DNA of 64,000 nucleotides, taken from the NCBI RefSeq assembly GCF_031769215.1, contig NW_026782404.1:1-64000 (forward strand), written 5' to 3'. This document shows, in pieces, positions 35,233-46,701 of the stretch. The position numbers and the translations under genes are program-made. How positions within the stretch are numbered: position 1 is the stretch's first letter; every line of letters begins with the position of its first letter. The DNA is from Ylistrum balloti (lineage: Eukaryota). The notes under the pieces were generated by a model. It saw only the letters and a list, made by a program, of their open reading frames with translations. It ran no database searches and was not told where the DNA came from.

Positions 35233-38200
35233 ATGTTAATCAAACTACCCGTACACGTGAGTATATATCACACTGGGTGACACTAGTTCTAAAATGATAC
35301 ATGCCTTTTGCATTTCGCTAGCAGACGATTTTTCACTCCTGTGTTTATTTCTGTCATGTTGGAGTACTATTACATACGCAATGCAGATAGTCAAATCAAC
35401 AAACATGGTGTATTTATGTTCGAGATATCTTTGCTAACTTTTCGTGTGTGTTTAGTAATGGACGCGAAATAATGATGAGCGTTCACTTTTACAAGTGTTC
35501 TAACGTGTTAAGTATTAACGTCAGTTACACACAATACTAGTAGTGTACTATAAATAGTGATGCATTGTGTATGTATGATGTGGTCATTATATGTTAACAT
35601 TGCAGGACCTGGGAGGGAATGTACTTGCCATACCGAATGGCCTCCAGCCAGGCAAAGTGGTAACAGTCATTGGAAAATGTGCAGGAAACGATAGGTAGGG
35701 ATTTAAACCTGTTAGACCAACTGAATGTAAACCCTATGTTTGCATTGTCTAATAAACTAACGCTGTGGTTACGTCAAGGGTTCCGGTCGTTGGTCACGGA
35801 TAAACATATTTACACTAGACACAGCAATTACCGTTTTGTTCACAGCTATTTACGCAGGAAAATAATGTGTAATATTTTGCACACCGCCGTCGAGAGACAA
35901 GATAATAACGCAAACCTTACAATCTTTGTCAGTCAAAACGTTAGAGATGATTAAATTACGTCATCACACTGCATGTCAGTCTCTTCAGATATTCTAGAAC
36001 GACTGTTTACTGCTAACTACACATGGAATAAACAAACATGCTATCTTTGGAACTAGTATGACGGCCTTGAAGATTGTAGAAAAGACACTCAAGTGCATAG
36101 CATAGTTTTACATAAAAATACAACTAGATACAGCAGGATTAAATCATTAATCAAAATATATCACACAGCATCGTCGATTCTCCAAATATTACGATCACTC
36201 TCGCTCTATGTACCCCTGGAAAATGTCATGACAAAATTAAAGGTTCCATTTGTGACACCTTGTTAACGAGACGAAAAGACTAGGTTGATCCTTCGATGTA
36301 CATAAAAACGAATCTCAAGATCGCATAACGGTATATTGCAATGACTTTGTTTGGTGTCTCTCCTTTGTTGTCTTCAAAGGAACGTATCAGCCGGTGATTG
36401 GTCTCCTGAAACCAATCCAATTACTTCGTTTGTACCTTCAATTTCGGAAGGGAATGTTTGAAGGTTACAGAGAGCGAACCCTGTAGTATCGAGAATGATT
36501 GTCCTTGTACTGTTTGTTGTTCCGTATGCAATCCTTGGACATTTGAGGGAAATTTGACCTTTTTATGCCTCATTTCATTGTTGCATATTATGAACCTTCC
36601 CCTGAAAAACACAACCATGCAATTTATTTAATGGTGGGATAGTGTTTTTCCAATTAACACCGATTTATCTCGTTCGATCAATTTTGATATATCTTATTCT
36701 CCTCCAAGATTCCAATATCTAGGCCCTCAAAATCACTAACGAGCCAGAGCAGTACAAAACAGTTGTATAATCATCCTCGATATTCCAGGGTTTACAATGA
36801 CTTTCGCTCTCTGTACCCCTGGTACATGCCATGGTACACTAATGACAGCGATAAAAGGTCCTTGTTATGATATTGCCCTGTTTCGCCACCGTCTTATTTT
36901 TCGGCACTGAACTGAAAGAGATCCGTAACGTAAGCTACTGAAAATGTATTAAATTTGGATTTGCACGTTCTTCTCATTTATTTGTGAAAAATCGCTGTAT
37001 ATTTACTGAAAATCCGACTAGTAATCGAGCGATTTCGTCGAAAAGTGGCATTGTAAACTAAGCTTCCATATACAGATATCCACCAGCAGTTAACATTTAT
37101 CAAGGAAATCGTGAAATTCGAATAAGTTCTTGAAATTGTAATAAACTTTTAACGCATACCCTGTTAGTTCGGAAGTGTTTTTGTTATTGTGAAATGGAAA
37201 GAAGAAATCACAATAAAAATGGAATGCTATTGTAAATTAATGGTTTGTATTATTTATAAAAGAAAGTATCTTTACAGGACATAATTCATATAAATGTAAT
37301 TTTGATTAGTGGAAACGCCGCTAAGACCTGTATCACAGTATTCGTGTATAATGAATAATCAATAAATTCGTATCATTTGCATAATTCTGATAAAATGTTC
37401 AAAGCATACTTCAAGTATATTAATTTCATAAGTACTTTATGTTCCACAACAAATTGGAGTTACCTCCCTTTGTCAGTTGTACCCTATTGGATTGATCTAT
37501 AACACAAATGTACTAATTTGGAATGTGCTTACATAGGCATAGCATGTTGTCCGATGCTATTAACATATGAAAAGTTGATAAAATTTGTTAAAATTGATAC
37601 TGACTTAGTTGAAACATCGTCGACCGAATTGTAGATATCATTTCTATCCTTTTAATGCTTAATATAACCATACAACGCATCACTAATATAAATAGGAAAT
37701 AAGATAGAAATATTAAACATTCCTTACAACCCTCCCGGTCAAAATTATGCTTGTCGCTAATAAAGCATGATAAAATCATCAACCAACACACGTCTCAATA
37801 ACAACTGTTAGCATATAAGATAAAGTAACGTTAATAATTCTGAATAAAGCGTAAGACCTTAAAACCGTATACGTGTATATGGTAACGCCTTCAGACACTA
37901 ATAAGTGGCTTTTATCTCGGTTTATTGAACTTTGTTTTTTTAACTCAGGATGGTGATAAATTTTCAAAGCCAAGACGGTAGTAACAAGGCCCTCCACTTT
38001 AACCCGCGTCCGGATCAGGGCGTCGTGGTGAGGAACTCCTTTCGCAATGGCACTTGGGAAAACGAAGAGCGGGAACAGCCATCTTTCCCCTTCAGTAACG
38101 GCTCCGATTTCGCTATCACATTTGTCGTAACAAACGACTGCTTCAAAATACTGGTGAATGGAGATAGATTTTGTAACTTCAATCACCGTCTGTCTCATAG

Positions 38201-41200
38201 CGAGGGTAGCCATCTTCAACTTGGCGGCGCTGACTTCCACGAGGTCCACGTCTTGGACAGATACGTAAGTATCCCAAAGTAACGTTGCTTAGAATACATA
38301 ATTGTAGTTAAGACATTAAACAGAAAAACGGTTCGTTGTGTCGAGCGTAAGCACCGATACCCCGGATGTTACAGACTGTTACAGATTGATTTTTACCCCA
38401 TAATAAATAACGAAAGCTGCGTTATGATTTTCAGTCAGAATCTTTTTTTTTTATTATTTTGTTTTTCAAGATTTTACAAAGGTATGCAACACACGATATA
38501 TACTAGACTCACACACACATACACACCCTGGCACACATCACACTACACCCATGTACACTCACTCAAAACATGCACTCATTAGTTCCTACTCTTTCCTCTT
38601 TGCTGACATGACATACAATGTACTACTGTGTTTCATTCACAAGCCCCAATAATAATACAAACTCAATGACTGCTGTCATCATCATCATCATCATCATGAT
38701 CGTCATCATCATCACATAGTTATCATCATGATCATCGTATCATCATCACTTCATTATCATGATCATCACCATATCATCATCATCATCACTATCATATCAT
38801 CATCAGCAGTAACACATATTCAGCATCGTAATCATCATATCATCATCACCACTTCATCATCAACCTTTCATCCTCATTATCACATCATACACTGATCAAC
38901 AACAGAGCTGTTTATTATTATTAGTGTTTTGCCTCATCATCATCTATCCACACCTAATCCCCAAACTTTATTCAAAATTATATGTTTTCAATAGTGTAAT
39001 CCCAAACCAGAAGTGCAAGCATGGATTGGGAGTAGCGATTTTCAGTCAGAATTAAACTACGCAAGTCATGCTTATTCACATCACATAACATATATGTATT
39101 GTATGATATACTTCCTCCATGACGATTTCTTATGATTCCATATGGTATTGATACGCAGTGACATTTCCGTATATTCTTTTTTATGTTAAAATATCGTATG
39201 CGACATGATATATCAAAACAACCTAGTTTTACTGTAACATCAACTTATTATATTAATCTTCCAGTAAGTTACAATAGATCTCCATTCTATCACCAGTGTC
39301 CCGTTTAGTCCTAGGTAAACCAGACAGGTGTTTATCAGGCTATGAACGCCGATCTGGTCACGCGTATGAATACAATTTTGGTGGTCAAGGTGAAGCGTCC
39401 ACCAAAAATAATCCTGATAGATTTAAATGTAATATTTGTATCCGTGTTACATTTGTCTATATATCATTACTACGACAAAGTATAGTGTAGGAGACCGTAT
39501 ACTACAATTTCCAGTGATTCGGTCGTTGTTGAAATTAATAAATCTATGTCTTGATGGTATAATCAGAGACGTATATATACGTCTCTGGTATAATGTACTA
39601 ATGGGCGCACTTCTAGTTATCTTCCACCCAGCTTAATATCAGCTGTATACCCCCATCTGGTAACATAATATTTTGGGCGGTTTCGTGATATCGATGCTTA
39701 CATGTTTCAGACCCATGGGCACAGCACACCACTCAATGGCGGACTTAAGGTCGGGAGAGCCATAAGAGTTCTCGGCACGTGCCAAGACAACTCTGGGTAA
39801 ATAGCAGTTTACAGTTGTTTGCCATCATATGGTGGGTCAGTGATCCTAAGAATGGTAAAAAAAAACGAAACCCAGAACGGTAGTAAGGAAAGTCGAGTGT
39901 TCTTAACAAATAGGGAATGGGTACAAGGGTCAAATGATTAATATGGTTAATATAAACAGGATGTAATGGATAAAATCATCACGTGAAATCACCCTTATAA
40001 TCTTCATCCTTATTGTTCCATCGATATAAACATAGGGTAGAACAAATTTGTCTCGGCTTCTGTTTAGCAAATACATAATAAATAACATTATGAAGACATA
40101 AACACTCACCAATGGTTATTGTAATGAATATCTTAATGTATTTTCATTTCTTTATATAGATTTAGTCTTAACTTCATGTGTGGATCTGATATTGCCTTTC
40201 ATTTCAACCCACGTCCACGTGAAGGTGTTGTCGTCAGAAATAGTAAGTTGGGCGGAGGATGGGGACAGGAAGAAAGAGGAGGAGACAGTTTCCCATTTGA
40301 AACTGGTGCCATTTTCGACGCCATGTTTTTCTGCAACAATGATGAATTTACGGTATGTGTATATGTTATCATTACATTGTAAACTTATTAGTAATAAAAT
40401 GTTTATGAGTAGCATGTTTCAAATATGTTCCTATGAATTTCAGTTTGAAAACCCTTGCGTTGCAGGTTTATGTAAACAACAAGGAGTACATCACCTATGG
40501 CCACAGGTGCGACTTGAACGCAGTCACTGACTTTCAGGTTCACGGAAAGGTTGACGTTAAGATGGTCCAATGTCTGACAACAATGGTAACTTTATGACAG
40601 CTGTAACATCTTTAAATATGCTAAAAAGGCATTTTAAGGGTTGTTAAGCGTTCTTATTTTTCCTTTTCCTTTTTTAACATTCTATGCGATACCAACTTTC
40701 TTTGTCCTATATAATCCAGTGTAAAGAAGGGCCAGGTTATAACCCTTTGTAATCAGACATGTTCTCTCAACGCCAATTCATCACAGGGAATAGAATTGTT
40801 CATGCTGGAACAAGTTACTTAAGCTAAAAAACCGTATAATAGAAGAAGAAAAAGCTAGGTACTACTTAAGCGTAAAGAATGAGTTGTGTAACGTACCATG
40901 AACTGATGAGTTTATGTAACACAAAACTCATAGATTTCATTCTAAGAACTTTATTGAATTTCTTCGGCTTAAGAAATGGATGTAGAATCGCAATCCGATA
41001 AATATTTTGATGCAATTTTCATTGTAGGACGATGACTATGTACAAGTATTGCCATATGAGCTTGGTAACAAAGAACAGCTTGTTTTCCGAGGCTTTATGA
41101 AGAAAGGTGGAAACAGGTTCGCTAGAAACATTATTGATCACCATGAACGGATCATAAAGATGTTTTTGTTTTATATGAACTTTCGGCACTGTTTGGTAAT

Positions 41201-44200
41201 CTTCATTGTAACTACATTATTATCGACGGTAAACATGTAAGTGTAACAACATTGTTAGTTGGCGATTTATTTCTCTTTTTACAGATTTGCTATAAATTTC
41301 CTGGAAGGCTCCGACGTCGACTCTGATATTGCCTTTCACTTCAATCCACGAGTCGACCAAGGAGAGATTGTAATGAACACTAGATCGGGAGGGCAATGGG
41401 GTACTGAAGAAAAGATTCCTTTGCCTAAAGTGCTTGGGACTAATGACGTGTTTGACCTTAAAATTATCACGAAGAAGAGGAAATTTAAGGTAAAATAATT
41501 TGATGAAGATTGTTGTGAAAATATTCATTGGAATACTACCCTTAATCATTCTATTGATTCGTACAAAAAGGGCATAGAATAACAAACATGCTTAAACCCT
41601 GCGAAGTTCTCTTCCTTAATGGTGTTTGGATCTGTATGTAGATAATTACGTAATTCATAAACCAGGACAGACTTATATGTGACTGTATGTTGAACTCGGC
41701 AGGTTGTTCTGGACGGAGAAGTACTGTGCAAGTTTAAATGTCGAGGTGAAATGAGTGCAGTGAAGGGAATCGCCATTGGCAAAGGTGACGGCGTGCTCTA
41801 TTTAGTGGATGGGCGACGAAGATTGGTACGTTGAAACATACGAATTGAATCATATCGATTATAAGATATTTCCATAGAAGTTTGCGACGATTTTGCATGT
41901 TAATTTTTGGAATTATTCATCAAATGCAGAATACTCATTTATGATTTTGTATCACACATAACAACGCATACAACTCGTTTGTTTTATGTTAAAGGAAAAG
42001 AAAGAGGTTGTCGTCCTTTCTGACCCACTTGTGGAGGATAATTGGGTCGTAGTCCGTGGAAAGATAAAGAAAAATGGAAACGGGTAATACTGTTTAATAT
42101 CGTATTAATATTACTAATATCGCTCTCATCATACGAGATAGTTCAGAAATTTTAATCAAATGGCTCGATGATCTCACAAATTTGCATTCAGTCGTAAACA
42201 TGTTAGTTTCTTTCGGTCATCGAACTGTATGTTTGTCCTTAATGCGTCCACCCAATATATGCGGAGCTCCAACTCATTAGATGATCAGATCTTACGTCAA
42301 CTGTCTATATGTTGAATTTTTACATCCTCTCAATATACCGTGAGCTTTTACGTCATCAAACTACATGTTGAGTTCTTACGTCCACTCAATATTGGATGAG
42401 CTCTTACGTCAACTGTCTATGTGTTGAATTATTTTGTTTACTCAATACGTAATGAGTTCTTACGCCAACTGTCCATGTGTTGAGTTATTTTGTTTACTCA
42501 ATATATCATGAGCTCTTACGCCAACTGTCCATGTGTTGAGTTATTTTGTTTACTCAATATATCATGAGCTCTTACGTAAACTGTCTATGTGTTGAGTTAT
42601 TTTGTTTACTTAATATATCATGAGCTCTTACGTAAACTGTCTATGTGTTGAGTTATTTTGTTTACTCAATATGTAATGAGTTCTTACGTCAACCGACTAT
42701 ATGTTGAGTTCTTAAGTCCACTCAATATTGGATGAGCTCTTACGTCAACGGCCTATGATTTCTCCAAATTACTTTCAGTTGGTCCCTTTCGTCCCGAGTC
42801 TCTACATCTACTGACTGTGTGTTGATACCCTACGTCCACTGACTATAAGTTGGTCCCTTACGTCCCGAGTCTATACATCTACTGACGGTGTGTTGATACC
42901 CTACGTCCACTGACTATAAGTTGGTCCCTTACGTCCCGAGTCTATACATCTACTGACTCTGTGTTGATACCCTACGTCCACTGACTATAAGTTGGTCCCT
43001 TACGTCCCGAGTCTATACATCTACTGACGGTGTGTTGATACCCTACGTCCACTGACTATAAGTTGGTCCCTTACGTCCCGAGTCTATACATCTACTGACT
43101 GTGTGTTGATACCCTACGTCCACTGACTATAAGTTGGTCCCTTACGTCCCGAGTCTATACATCTACTGACGGTGTGTTGATACCCTACGTCCACTGACTA
43201 TAAGTTGGTCCCTGGCGTATCGAGTCTATACATCTACTGACGGTGTGTTGATAACCTACGTCCACTGACTATAAGTTGGTCCCTTACGTCCCGAGTCTAT
43301 ACATCTACTGACTGTGTGTTGATACCCTACGTCCACTGACTATAAGTTGGTCCCTTACGTCCCGAGTCTATACATCTACTGACGGTGTGTTGATACCCTA
43401 CGTCCACTGACTATAAGTTGGTCCCTGGCGTATCGAGTCTATACATCTACTGACTCTGTGTTGATACCCTACGTCCACTGACTATAAGTTGGTCCCTTAC
43501 GTCCCGAGTCTATCAATTTGTTCATTATCATTATTTATTGATGTTGTTTCCTCCCTTGCCAAAGCTAACCATTGGTCATTCGTTTCCTTTTTAGAAAATT
43601 TATCTCTTCTTATCTTCCTTACTCATTTGATGCTGATATAAACGTTGTTTTTTTTTATAAATCACAATCATTATCCTTGTAGATTCGCCGTAAATTTCCG
43701 AGTAGGAGATGGTGACGATGGAGATATTGCCTTCCACTTCAACCCCCGAATCAGTGAAGGTTGTACTGTACGCAATGCTTTAATCGGTGGTGGCTGGCAG
43801 AACGAGGAGAAGGAACAGCCCAATTTCCCATTCCAACAAAGAAAGGCCTTTGAAATCACATTTCAAATCAAGCAGGACAAGTTTTCGGTAAGATTTTGTT
43901 TGTGAAATAGTTTCCTCTTTACTGAATATCTGTAGTTATCCAAATATCACTGATAAAAAAATGACGAAGTTGCGCATGCAGGAAAATCCTTGTATCTTAA
44001 TCAAGCATTCCTTTGATAAACCACCATTTATCAAACTATCAAATACTGTTCGCACTAGGCTATATACTGTCCATATTCATAAAGATATGCGTTTTGGTAA
44101 CTGTGTTGACCAATGAGATGTATATAGAAATCGGCTGAGTTCGTCAGAATGCTGTCTATCTAATGTTAAATTCGGATGAAATCTGTGGAAACAAAAACTG

Positions 44201-44969
44201 ATCGAGTTGAAGCAATGAATTAAATCGCTAGACTTTCCAAATGTAGATAAAATCAAAGAGAATGAGAAGTACGTTTTCATTAAGTCACACTTAAAGATAA
44301 CCCGAATCCGTGTTTGAATGATATAGACATTTGATGGCATTCGTGGTAAACAAAAAATATACTAAAATAGCATAAACCCTGTGCGAACAAATATAGAATC
44401 CGTTTTACTGTTGTTGTTCTTACAATAATAACAAGAGGCCTAGCCGCCTTGACGGTCACCTGAGATAAGCAATATAGAATATAAAGGTTAAAGGATAGTT
44501 ATCAAGGGTCATGAAACAGAGATTGTGACACTGAATATAGACAGTGTCAATACATGCATACCATCAAAACTATCATCCTATACAGATAATTCTTATAAAG
44601 TTACTTCCAGTGGGATATAACGTTACGCTCAAAAATACTTTTTTTTAATGAAAATTACATACAAAGTCTTAAAATATATTCCTCCCCAGGAAGAAATGTG
44701 AGACACATTTTGGTAATTAAAGCACCTCAAGATGCTTAAATTCATGAAGAGCATTTGATTCTACCATATCTGGGTATTGAGAAGAAGATTTTTGAAATTT
44801 AATTCATTAATTGATTTAATATACATGGTGCTGAATTATATCGCCTATTTTGCAGACGTTTGTTAACGGAGAACCATACATCGATTTCAATCACCGTGTC
44901 GCCCTAGATCAAATTGGAGCCATACAGTTGATGGGATCCGGCAATTTCTTTGCGCCTGAAATTTTATAG
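35233..44969 (+). CDS. Quadruple-CRD galectin B (tandem paralog), 12 coding exons, 550 aa
   Basis: Exons: 35233-35256 (MLIKLPVH), 35606-35694, 37949-38264, 39711-39796, 40160-40352, 40466-40585, 41028-41116, 41285-41489, 41703-41825, 41995-42083, 43683-43887, 44856-44969 (TAG). All are GT-AG and in phase; total 1653 nt. There are four HFNPR CRDs, and exon sizes and phases parallel those of galectin A. Confidence 0.93.
38670..38890. repeat. Degenerate (CAT)n microsatellite
   Basis: Interrupted ATC/CAT runs in galectin B intron 3. Confidence 0.85.
42286..42750. repeat. Minisatellite, 56-bp unit, about 8 copies
   Basis: GAG(C/T)TCTTACG recurs at 42398, 42454, 42510, 42566, 42622, 42678 and 42734. 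The unit is a diverged dimer of about 28 bp. Confidence 0.93.
42777..43513. repeat. Minisatellite, 71-bp unit, about 10 near-identical copies
   Basis: GGTCCC recurs at 42781, 42852, 42923, 42994 and 43065 onward. The unit is AGTTGGTCCCTTACGTCCCGAGTCTATACATCTACTGAC(G/T)GTGTGTTGATACCCTACGTCCACTGACTATA. Confidence 0.97.
44430..44800 (-). mobile_element. Truncated non-autonomous Helentron-type (HINE/DINE-like) element, 3' part
   Basis: It begins AACAAGAGGCC...GGTCACCTGAG, the same terminus as at 52928 and 55692, and carries the family-like GAGAAGAAGATTTT motif internally. The opposite terminus was not found. Lies in the last intron of galectin B. Confidence 0.55.
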
Positions 44970-45626
44970 AGTAACGGTGAACACGAATGTTGATGGGAGG
45001 TATCAGCGGTACCTATCACTAAAGACAGCATTGTTTTTTGTAGTTCGTTTCATAGGATAATTTACATTTTTTACTATTTTGTTTTCTTATTCACAAAAAC
45101 ACCAATATGATTTGTTAAATTTTACACTGCTTGCTAGGGGGCATTTATTCAATTGCATCTGAATGTCTCTTGTTTAACATTTTATCAAACTTATATTGCG
45201 TGATGAGAAAAAAAGCTTGGTTCTGTTTTACTGCATAATTTTTCTTTATCTTTTTAATATTTTGTATGGAAACTGGTTATTGTTATTACATATCCGGTGT
45301 TTTGAATTATAAGGAGTTTCGACAAGTCGCGCAATGATGTATTTCTAGTGTTGAATTATCTCAGATGTCGGTGACAACATGTCGATTCCAACATTACGTC
45401 GTTATCTTAATGACAACATTGAGTTAATATACTTACGATGATCGAAATGTTTAAATGTGTGTGTTTTTTCTTTTTAATAAAGAACTAATATTTTGGACTT
45501 ATTTAGGTTTTTGCATTGTTTTCTTTCTTTTCTTTGGTGATTAAATCACACAGTGATATTGTTTAAAGATTGTGCAAAAGAAGACACACAAGTGAATAGC
45601 AGCTTAAGATACAAATTGAGATAAGA

Positions 45627-45665
45627 TACAGTTGTTTCGTCCTTCTAGGACTCGTCAGTGATGCT
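45627..45665 (-). ncRNA. Hammerhead ribozyme catalytic core (minimal type I-like; stem I partner degenerate or missing)
   Basis: The minus strand reads AGCAUCA-CUGACGA-GUCC-UAGAA-GGAC-GAAAC-AACU-GUA. The conserved CUGANGA and GAAA boxes are intact, stem II is a perfect 4 bp closed by G10.1-C11.1, stem III is 2 bp, and the cleavage triplet is GUA. The 3' strand of stem I (expected UGAUGC) is not present after GUA. Confidence 0.65.
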
Positions 45666-46701
45666 AAAGGCCGAAATTTTCAAGTCTATGAAGAAAGTGA
45701 CCCAAAGCGTCAAAAGAAAACAAACTCTAGATGGGCAGGTGCATAAGCCTCATAATTCAATAATTCCGTAACTGGAAATAAAGATATATCCAGCAAATTT
45801 ACAGGAAATATTTAGTTTTGAAACAAGATTTTTCAAATTAGGAATTAAGCATCTTTGTAATCAATTTCATCATTAGACTTTAAATCTGACGGTATTCAGA
45901 AGAGATTTTGATCAAAATGGAACATAACGCGTTGACTTTTTAAAAGATGAGGAAGATGTACCGTGAAAAATATGGTGACCTGTCAAAAGTATTCATATCA
46001 ACGTCAACTTAATAAAAAAATTATTACATTCTTATTAATGGATTAGTGCTTAGACCCGATCTATTATCCCTCCCAATTGAAATACGGACGGAATACAGGG
46101 GTATTGCTGTACGTACGTTTTAAACGGGATTCGAAGTTATTTGTGAATTAATGATAGGCGAGTTCTATAAAGGAACCAACTGAAGACTTAAGAACTAGGT
46201 TCTGAGAATGAGAGGAAATATTTCACATTCTGCCCACATCACTATGGGGGCCTATTACGATGAAATTTTACGATTTTGCATTTTGGCTATATTAATCACG
46301 GTACAGGATGCTTAATACTGGTGTTTGATATTAATTATGTGATTTCCATTAATTCTCATGACTAGATCACATAGAATGTCTTCAAAGCGCGTGAGTAAAT
46401 TTATATTCCTCGTAATTAAAGCAAAGTGGTTATTGGATCGTTATTAAAATATTAGTTACTTTTTTGTCTTTTAATTAAACAAAATATATTTCCATGTGAC
46501 AACATGTCTACCTGTAATAGCAAACACGATAACTGTAAGGATAACCCACACTTTGTACATTGAACCCGGTCTATCGCCCGATTGTTGATTCTGACCGTCT
46601 TTGTTGTCTAATCTGAATCAATCACTCCAGTATTTACTAACAACGTAGTCAGGCCGCTAGACAAGCCAGGTATAGCCAGTTATAACAAACCATTCTACAT
46701 T

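Noticed and set aside
24033-44969. A single eight-CRD galectin gene
   Set aside because: The fourth CRD ends in an in-frame TAA (33403-33405) in a 114-nt terminal exon that mirrors B's terminal exon. Gene B also has its own 8-codon ATG exon matching A's.
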